From the NCBI GenBank assembly GCA_013115145.1, contig JAAPAO010000078.1:1-64000 (forward strand): a DNA stretch of 64,000 nt, given 5' to 3'. This document shows positions 48,176 through 56,588 of the stretch, piece by piece; within the stretch, counting starts at the first letter, position 1, and each line of letters opens with the position of its first letter. This stretch comes from Perkinsus chesapeaki ATCC PRA-425 (lineage: Eukaryota > Protista > Perkinsozoa). The position numbers and the translations under genes were made by a program. The notes under the pieces are model-generated. The model had not been told where the DNA came from. It did not search any database and saw only the letters and a program-made list of their open reading frames with translations.

Positions 48176-48623
48176 GCGTGCTGCGATTTTACGGTGGTCG
48201 AAACTGATAGAAAAACAGTAAAATGATGACCATCGTCTTCATTATCTAGTCCTAGAGATTACACATCGCTTATGTATTAGTTACTAGTTTCATTATTGGA
48301 TAATTCGCCACTAAATTACGTCTGAGGGCTGATGATGATGATGAGCTACAACGTTCCTGTTAAATATATAACAGCCACCACCACCTCCACACATGGTGGT
48401 GGTGGCTGCCTACGTACTGGAACCTGCGTCCGAAAGGATGATATCGTAACTGTCCTATTATACGCGGGTTTCAAGAGGCTTTGCTTGTGTAGAGTGACGG
48501 GGTGGTGGGAAGTTGAGCTGGAATGTATCTTACCTGGTTGAAGCTAAGATACCATATCACCAGTTGTTATTTAATTTTAAGTTGGCTGCTCTTGCCGCCT
48601 TCACTGCTACATCAAACTAGCAT

Positions 48624-51600
48624 ATGCCTAGAGTCCAGGAGTATCGAATAGTCCTTCCAATGGAGGTCGAGCAATACCATGTTGCCCAGCTCTACATGGT
48701 CGCCAAGTCTAGCCTGGAAGATACTACTGGCGGGGCTGGAGTGGAAGTGGTTACAAACGAACCATATGATGATGGTAGTAGTGGTTTGGTGTAGTGGTTA
48801 GTATGTCAGCCTTTCTCAGGGGAGACCCAGGGTCAATTCACTCATAAGCGCATTTCTATCGCACCGTATTTGCCGTCTTGGGTAACATCATTGGTGAATC
48901 CTGATTGGCTGGTATTCGACGAGAAGAGTTGGAATGCCTTCCCTCGGTGCCGTACGGTCTACTCTTGTCCGATGCTTAGTGAGTTCTCGATGGAGATTGA
49001 TAGTATGCATATTGAAGGCAATTGTACAGATGATAACGCTCTTAAATTGGATGGTAACAAGCCGACAGTTTTTACGCTTTTTCTATCAGTTTTTGCCAGA
49101 TGCGGATCTTGCTAAGCGTAAAATTGACTTCATCGATATCGTAAACGATCACATATCCAGCAGGGATTATAATGAAGAAGAAGACCCGTCAAAATGGCAT
49201 AGCGAGAAGGTAGATGGAGACAAGCGTTCGGACGGGGAGATGCTGTTTGCAGCTCGACATGGGACCTTTGGAGTCTGACTGGATGCAGACGACTCAGCCG
49301 ATCATGACGTGTTACAAGGTACTAAGGGGAAGGGGGTTTGGTCACCTGGGGGCGGCGTCGGCGGGGGGGAGGTGTTATTACGTGCTGCTGCGATGTGATA
49401 ATACGATTTGATTGTCGATTCGGTGCTTAATAGTGCGGAGTGGAAGAAGCATGGAATAGTTACATTCGTTGCATGTGGACGTAGTTTATATCGAGTGTCA
49501 TTCATTTGAGTGGTTATCAGGTTATTCATGTTACCTGTAATCCTGGGTTTATGATGCAGAACAGAGTTGAAAGTTTTATAGTTAAAGCGACTAAGACAAC
49601 TCTATTCAAGTAGTAAGGGGATGGATACTTGATAAAGGGGCGAATCCTGCCCAGTCGAGAGGACATGACAATAATGCCAATGTAGAGTGTATTCAGCGAT
49701 GGTCTGAAGCTGAATAACTGAGTTGAGTAGTTCAATTACTAACCATTATTTCCTTCGCCACATTGAGGCCGATATCAATTGGTTTCGATTGCCGTCGTTG
49801 GAAGGCTGTCGTTGGCCTTGCCGTTTTTAACAGCGTACATCACCATTTCTCGAAATTTACGCATTCTCTGTTGGCGTGGAAAGCATTGGTATTAAAGGAC
49901 GTATGGGCTCCATAAGCAGCAGGAGTCGGATTGATTATTACCGTGGTTGGCTACCTTTACGCTACGTAGCTGGGGGGAGCAGGGTGGAATCTCGAACCTC
50001 GCAGGTATCATCGAAAATGTGTGTGCTGGGCGGATGAATGGGCCGATCTGACGATGGATGATATTCGATTGATGGAGGATAAAGTCCAGAAGAAGCTGCG
50101 GAAGTTCTGGAGGGACAAACGGATTGAGGAAGGCTTGGAAGTTGCCAGCGATTCTGACGCCAGCGAAGTGCAGGGGGAGCTGGAGGGCACCCCTACTGCG
50201 GATGAGGATGCCTCACCCGGCAGCGCAACTGGCCGCCGATCTCGAACTGCTAGTCGAGCATCAAGCAAAGATACCACCGGGTTGCTAACAGTTACGGCAT
50301 CACCGGTGGATCCGGCTAGGACTAGTGTGAGTGCGAGTGTTAATAATGACATAGCGGCGAGCGGTAGAGTTGGGGCTAGCCATAAGTGCAGCAGCATCAC
50401 TGGTGGAGGAAGCGGTGTGGAGGTTATGAGGGCTGGATCGCTGTTTAAATTGGGGGATGGTATTATAAATACCAGCTGGAATGAGAGGTAGTAGTGGGGG
50501 GAGGGAGGGTTGGTAATTTCGTGGCGCGTGACAAGGAATTGGGAATACTGTTGTAGGGAGGTAGTATGGGAATAGGATTTAATCTATTTTGTTACTCGTT
50601 GATGGGGTGCATGTTCGATCTTTACGTCGCGCGCCACGAAATTAGTTGGTGACGTGAACTCTGCTCTTCAAGGTTGGTGAAAAAGCATTTAGTAGGGTTA
50701 TGATTTTGAGAATATCGTCGAATAGGTGGAGAGTCATCTCAATTACGATAATGCCGATCGGTGTTCGATGACCGAGAGGTGGGCAAGCATGCAGTCTGGC
50801 AACTGCTGCTGCTACCAGCTTATCGATCGAGAAAGGAAGGGGCGTAGTGCGTAAACAACTGCGAGGTGTTACTGCTTTTGGCATTCAAACTAGCACTGAT
50901 GTGTTGTGAAGTGGGGCCTTGAATGATGTATGTTTAGATACTTTGTGCTGTCGGGATCTGTCCTGAGCTATTATAGAGATTCGAGGGAAGTACGACCGAG
51001 GGAGAGTATACCGATGAAAGGGGCTGTAGTGCAGTGGTGTGGCTCACATAAGGGAAGAGAGCATGCCTTTATAGTCGTAATAACGTCACGCGCCATGAAA
51101 TTGTACGGTTATTCAGATGCCCAAGGACCATCGCAGACAGGTTGTTGTGTCTGGTGGAAGCGAGGGCGAGACGCGTCAGTGGATGCTTTGGTGTCAGGAG
51201 GCCGCAGATAGGGCTACGGCCTCAACGACACCTGGGCCAACCATGGAGGCATCTCCTAAGGTGGCTATGGTAGCTGAAGGAGAGCCAAAGGGGGGCGAGG
51301 GAAAGGTGAGTGGCGGTCTTTGGAGGGAAAAAGCAGTGTCTATCTTAGGTTGAAGCGCGCTCTTCGGGTGGTGGAGTAGTTCGCGAGAAGTCTGTTGATA
51401 AGGCTGGGCCGTCGGTGTCGTCTTCGTCAGGGGGCCTTCTGCCAGATGCCTGTACGCGGTATTTGCCTAAAGACCCTTTAAGAGGAATGGAGAGCCTTCT
51501 GAGGTTTGCTAGATGTGGATATCAAAGGAATGATATGTGTATGGTGTAAGTTGCCGGGGGTGGGGATCGAACTCGGGTGGGATGCCTCTGAGCAGGTCAA

Positions 51601-52682
51601 CTGATCGAGGGTTGAGGATTTGGCGGCAAATGGACCCTGTTGATGAGGAGGCCGGTTTGACGGTTTTTCTATCAAAAGTGTGGTCTGAGGCTACCAGAGT
51701 GGATTTCTATTCCGTCCCTTTGTCTATCGCCTTTGCAATAACTACCCTCTCCGTTTTCGTCATCCTCACACTCGGTGCTTTACTGACACCTCTAGCTGCA
51801 TTCATCCTCGTAGTGTGGTCCAAATGCCTGCTGGAAGTGTTCCCTATTGCCGAGGCCGTCAGGGAGGGTACTTCCAGTGGTGTTGTGATCGGTGAGGTTG
51901 TTGTGCCCACCACCGACAGCAGCATGGTCGAAGCCGCTCTTTTGGATGTATCCGAGTGGCATCGTTGGAGTCCGGCGCTGAAGTCTGCCGCTGCCTACAG
52001 GCTGTCTACTACTGGTCTGGGTCTTGTTAAATACGGCGGAGCGGAGCTTACTGAGCGAATTATTCGTCCTAGAGAGGAGGGGCCACCTAGCGTAGGTCCA
52101 TGCCAGGAACAGCAAGCTTGCCTGCCATCACTAATAGTGTTGCATTACGATAGCAAGGCAAATGAGAAGTACTTTTGCTGGGCGGTGTTCCCGGGCCCTA
52201 AGTCAGTGTCGGTGCTGATGCTGAGCGCTGGTGGCCCCGGGAGAGCCATAAGGGGCCTGAGGTTTGTGCGAGAGTATCTTAGCTCGCTGCAAGTTGCCCC
52301 TGTAGTGTGGCCGAGACCCTTGCCATCACTACCGGATATGTTTATGCCACGAGGGAGCCAACATGTTCATGCGAGAAGGAGAGGGTCTGGTGGATGGGTG
52401 GAGCTACCGGTGCCTTATGGTGTTAAAGGCCTCGACTCGGCATTAAAGAGGGCATTGTTGCACAACTCAGAGGAGGCTATTGTTGGCGGTAGGGTAATGG
52501 CTGATGAAGATGACCGTGGTGGAGCGGACGTGATGCCGACTCTTATGGGTGGGAGAGGAGGCGGAGCGAAGTTTTTTTATGGTTTTTGGTTTCAGCGTTG
52601 TCGCATCTATTCATCCAATCGAGTGCGTATATGCCAAGAGCGAGCACGGCTATTGTTAATAACGATAGTTGCCGAGCGGTAG
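48624..52682 (+). CDS. Phosphatidylinositol transfer protein fused to a PH domain and a TM/START(SRPBCC)-like C-terminal region (multi-exon)
   Basis: PITP: QEYRIVLPMEVEQYHVAQLYMVAK, NEPY, GQFTHK, YHRKCVCWADEWADLTMDDIRLME. PH: GSLFKLG..WNER|YFVLSGSVLSYY...ETRQWMLWCQEA. The C-terminal START-like call and the 3' end are less certain. Confidence 0.8.
48775..48819 (+). other. 45-nt intron containing a tRNA 5'-half/A-box-like sequence (sense)
   Basis: GTAGTA-GTGGTTTGGTGTAGTGGTTAGTATGTCAGCCTTTCT-CAG; removal gives PITP YDDG|ETQGQFTHK. Confidence 0.65.
50514..50644. mobile_element. 131-bp MITE with 19-bp TIRs and 5-bp target-site duplication, in the PH-domain intron
   Basis: TAATTTCGTGGCGCGTGAC ... 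GTCGCGCGCCACGAAATTA (18/19 match); GTTGG on both sides (50509-50513, 50645-50649). Confidence 0.85.
51546..51594 (+). other. 49-nt intron with antisense tRNA T-arm/3' end
   Basis: Reverse complement reads CCGA-GTTCGATC-CCCACCCCGGCAA-CTTAC; splicing keeps the frame (DMCMV|STDRG). Confidence 0.55.
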
Positions 52683-52749
52683 GTTTGAACCGGGGTCTTT
52701 TGGATAGCAGTTGGGCGCTTCCCCCGCTGGGCTATAAATGTGTATTTCA

Positions 52750-53822
52750 GTTACAACTGGTGGGAGCGTGCATAGTGGCCAGTCTACAACGTCTTCTTTG
52801 TGCCCTTGAAAGCAGTGATGCCTTCCTAACCACATCTGCAGCAGCTGCCCGGACCCCTGGTTACCGAGCCATCATAACTCCTGGAGACACATGCCAATGC
52901 AAGACGATCCCTCGAGCTGGTCGAGGCCATGGAGCTGATATTTGCTGGGAGGCAGTGGCGCCCGATTGTGCTCATTATTTAGTGACAGAGGAAGAGGGCT
53001 GCGGGAGATGGACGCAACGAGGCACGATAAAGTGAGAAAAATACCCTCGGTGGGATTCGAACCCGAGTCGTGCTACTGCAGGTTTGGTGTATCATTATTG
53101 CCTCCTACATTGAAGTACAGAACTACTGGGATAGCTCTCAACCTCACCGGAAAGCACTATATCGACTTCCTCAGTAGTGAAGTCAAAAATGCAGCGGAGC
53201 GGAGCTCTAAGAGAACTGCAAATAAAGGCATTACCGCCTTCGTGACAGAGCTACCACGGCTGGTAAAAATGCCTGTTGCCGGAATCGAACTCGAGACCTT
53301 CTTCCTCTCGTAGGTCTGTCGCCCATTGAGTGGTTCCTCCAAGCATTGCTTGTTACGTTGGGAGGGCAAAGTATCTATCAACATTCCCGGAGCCAACGGT
53401 GGCATTTGCGAGCTCTCCATTGTGGATCCATCCAGCGGTAAGTTATCTCGCTGTTCTTGTTCAACCCGGATGAGGGAGGATTCAGGCCGAGTGGCTGGAG
53501 AAGTCCGAAACGGTCGTGGTGGCCTGCATAGTGTTGGAGAGGGCAATATATTCGACCGTGTGTGCTTCGATGGCGAGCCACTTTGGGTTAGCGGCCTGTG
53601 CCCCGAGGATTTAGCGGCGTCTTCCGAGCATGCCGCTGAAGCCTTCCCTCCAACGTCCCCAGTTGTCGAGATAAAGGTAGGGTGCCGGGATCGAACTTGG
53701 GACCTTTCAATCGCATACTTCAGGTTGAATCTAGCAAGCGTCTCTTGCCGACTGATTGTCATACTCATCGATTGATTGGTCGCCGGCGCCGGGTCCAGTC
53801 GACCAAACCATTACAGGAATAA
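52750..53822 (+). CDS. Hypothetical Cys-containing protein with three tRNA-derived introns (start not resolved)
   Basis: A continuous frame appears only after removing 53032-53081, 53263-53313 and 53677-53723: GTIK|FGVSLL...LPRL|VCRPLSG...VEIK|VESSKRLL...QE*. Confidence 0.6.
53032..53081 (+). other. 50-nt intron, antisense tRNA 3' end plus oligo-T
   Basis: Reverse complement GACTCGG-GTTCGAAT-CCCACCGAGGGTA-TTTTT-CTCAC; removes an in-frame TGA. Confidence 0.8.
53263..53313 (+). other. 51-nt intron, antisense tRNA 3' end plus oligo-T
   Basis: GT-AAAAA-TGCCTGTTGCCGG-AATCGAAC-TCGAGACC...TAG; links two ORF-track ORFs in frame. Confidence 0.82.
53677..53723 (+). other. 47-nt intron, antisense tRNA-Phe-like 3' half
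   Basis: Reverse complement CTGAAG-tatgcg-ATTGAA-AGGTC-CCAA-GTTCGATC-CCGGCACCCTAC. Confidence 0.7.
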
Positions 53823-53940
53823 TTGCCTCTATCATCCACTGCCTTATTGTAGCATTTCTACCACTTTTTTCAACTCCTTGGCATTTGAGTTAACCAAGTG
53901 GGAGGGGGTCGGGCCCGCTGCAGTCCCTAATTCGCTCACT

Positions 53941-54665
53941 ATGCTCCTCACCGGCTCACTCCTCTTTTTTTGCTCGGTGTACGGAGCACCCTTGTGGGAC
54001 TCTGAGACTTGTCTGGAGGAATGCCCCGAGCTGGCTCAATCCGTGGCACTGCTGGAAGCTTTGGTTCTATCTCCTAAACTAGCCGCGGCCGCTCTATCGG
54101 GGAGCTATCAAGCCGGGTGGGAGGAGTATTTGACGCTTCGATCAGATTGATTGCCGTGTGTAGGTATAAGGCGGTCCGCGAGGACAAGGTGTACTCATGT
54201 GTGGCGGAAAAGCTATGTGGAACGTGTTTAGAGGTGAGCAGGGATCGAACTTGGGACCTTTGGATGAGGATTAATAAGTTTGTTGCTCTACCGTTCGGCC
54301 AGGAATCCACGTGCACGATTGGGCGATGCATTGTCGAGAATGTCGCATGTCGGGCCTTAACCGATTTCACCTCGGATCTAGTTAAGATATGTTACTGCTC
54401 GATTGGTGAGCCACGACCCTACCCTTCCCTCTCAACCATCACTTCAGGTTACAACATCGCTGTCTTAAATGGGATGGTTGACCCCCAGTGGTCATCAACT
54501 GACCCTCCCTTCTGCGAAGGTGGTGTGAATGCTCCTCAAGGAACAGCAGAGACTGTTCAGGAATCATGCAGAGGTCGGTCACCTCGTTGGTTTAAGTATC
54601 CAGTATTTTGCATTGTTGGACAGCGCCGCAGTGTTGGCTATATGCGGCCGTTGCCACTCGGCTGA
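53941..54665 (+). CDS. Secreted Cys-rich protein (multi-exon)
   Basis: Signal peptide MLLTGSLLFFCSVYGAP; Cys-rich exons YSCVAEKLCGTCLE|ESTCTIGRCIVENVAC. Confidence 0.6.
54234..54302 (+). other. 69-nt intron consisting of a near full-length antisense tRNA-like sequence
   Basis: Reverse complement GGCCGAACGGTAGAGC (D-arm-like) ... AAAGGTCCCAA-GTTCGATC-CCTGCTCAC. The length is a multiple of 3, so splicing is inferred, not forced. Confidence 0.6.
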
Positions 54666-55386
54666 GAGGGAAAGGAAGTTCCAGAGGAATAATTTGCCTA
54701 ATTTTTTCGCGAAATTTGTAGATACTTGTCAGAATTCCGGTAGACTTTCGGATAGGATATGAATCGCAGCCACTCGATTGGTAAATATTAGGCCACGGTG
54801 ACGGAAGGCGGAGAAGAATCCAAAGGATACAATCGGGATACAGTCCGTTCAGTTGTTGCATGTGTATTGTTGATGCGCATTACGTCGCCAACCTAAGGCT
54901 GTGGTTGGGGTCAGAGGCCCCATTTATTTTCCTGTTGTCATGTCACAACAGCCAGTTCGACTCGATAACCTTATGTAGCGACACACCTATACTGTCGACT
55001 ATCTCCAATACAACAGCTGCTCATAATGTTAATTTCGAACCGGCTGCGGCGGCGGTGGTCCTATGGCTACGCCATGACTTATATGGTTGAATTTTAAACC
55101 GTAAATAATTCCATGTGTGTGAAACATATCCGTAGAGACAACAGCTTCTCGCTCGCTTCCCCTTCAGATTTCAGTATTTCCGACTTCATCGGTGGTTCAC
55201 CGCAGACAGAGGAGCCAACCGAAAATGCCAAGGGGAGTTCAGCGGAGCGAAGCAGCAGATTACGCATATACCTGATATCACTCTTCAGCTTCCTGTGGGG
55301 CGTGTTCATGCTTTTATAGCTTTGATGTTGTTACTTACTATCTCGAGTTCTGCGGGGCACCGCGGTATGGTATTAGCCGTTTGTAA

Positions 55387-56496
55387 ATGTCATTCAACGG
55401 CAGCCCGATTCGGCAACAACCGGAGGAGGCAGCCCTCCCCGTCATACCACAGCAAGGGGAAATACACCACCCCATAGTGCTCCAGCAGCAGCAGGGGACA
55501 GATGCCGCACCACAAAGCCCAAATGAATTGGTCATCGGTTCAGTGGCAAGCAATAGTCCTTCTGGAAGCCCACTGCCACCTGCCCCGCCTCAACACCCAC
55601 AGATTCCAACCCCAGCCACTAGTAGCAGGCCGGCCAGTGCTGGTACCAGTACGATGAGCACACAAGGGGGCAGCAGCGGTATAAGGCTGCAAGTGGAGGA
55701 AATGAAGCAGTACCTCGATCAGGCTAAATGCATGTAAGGTTGGATGAATAAAATATTATATAGTTGGAAGTAAATTCTTCGGAAAGTGGTACCGGCAACC
55801 GCGCTTGGGCGGAGTTGTAGAAATAGGAGATAACTTCGGAAGAGGCGCTCTATTATAATTATGAGGCTTCTGGGCTTCAACCCACGCGAGTTGCGTTCTT
55901 TGTGTGTTTTTCGAAACAAGTTCTTTTTCAGGTTCGCAGATTCTCCCGATAAATACGAGCAGTTGCTAGAGGTCATTGCCGGTAGCAATGACAACTGCTC
56001 CCTTATAATTACTACCTTGTAGGTATGTCTAAAAGAACCCGTCCGCATCAGCCGGCCCCACCAAGCACTGCAGCCTCGACTCCCTCTGGTACAGTGACCG
56101 GCATCGGGGCACTAGTGGGGCAACTTCAACAACTCAATCACAGTCCTGACCAACAACAGCAACAACCCGCGGCAGCAGGCGTCCAGATGATACAGGCTCT
56201 GCAGGGTCTGATGCAGCATCAATCACAACAACAGCAGCAACAAGCAGTGGTGCCACAGCCAACACCTATGGATATTGCCAGACAGGAGGATGATATATCG
56301 GAACTGTGGGGCTTGCTCTATTTCACTACCGCCAATTTCACTTGTGTGTTTTAGGGACAACTTGGATGTTGGTGGTCTTATCGACAGGCTACTGGAGATC
56401 TTTGAGGGCCAAGGCGCGGCTAAATCCATGGTGAGGACGGGAGGGTATAGAAAGATCGACTTAGTCGATTCATCGCACGAGCTGCATGGGGCGTAG
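55387..56496 (+). CDS. Q/P-rich protein with PAH (Sin3-type paired amphipathic helix)-like segments (multi-exon)
   Basis: LQVEEMKQYLDQAK / RFADSPDKYEQLLEVI and DNLDVGGLIDRLLEIFEGQ resemble the PAH consensus (L.VEDAL.YLDQVK..F...P.VY..FL.IM; IDT.GVI.RV..LF.GH). Confidence 0.5.
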
Positions 56497-56588
56497 TTGA
56501 TCTCCCTCCTCGAGAAACATTAAGAAGTGGAGATATAATAGAAACCCTTGTTCGCGCTCAACATTTAATATTGCAGTGTGTGAGCGCC

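Noticed and set aside
49966-50004. Additional antisense B-box intron in PITP
   Set aside because: GGTTCGAGATTCC has an extra base and no 13-nt/T-run geometry; too weak to count.
26545-51356. Identical 16-mer TATCTTAGGTTGAAGC at 26547 (minus) and 51341 (plus)
   Set aside because: About one such match is expected by chance in 64 kb on both strands, and it is partly explained by the acceptor motif.
53157-53768. 203-aa minus-strand ORF
   Set aside because: Antisense to the + gene whose frame is restored by three GT-AG introns.
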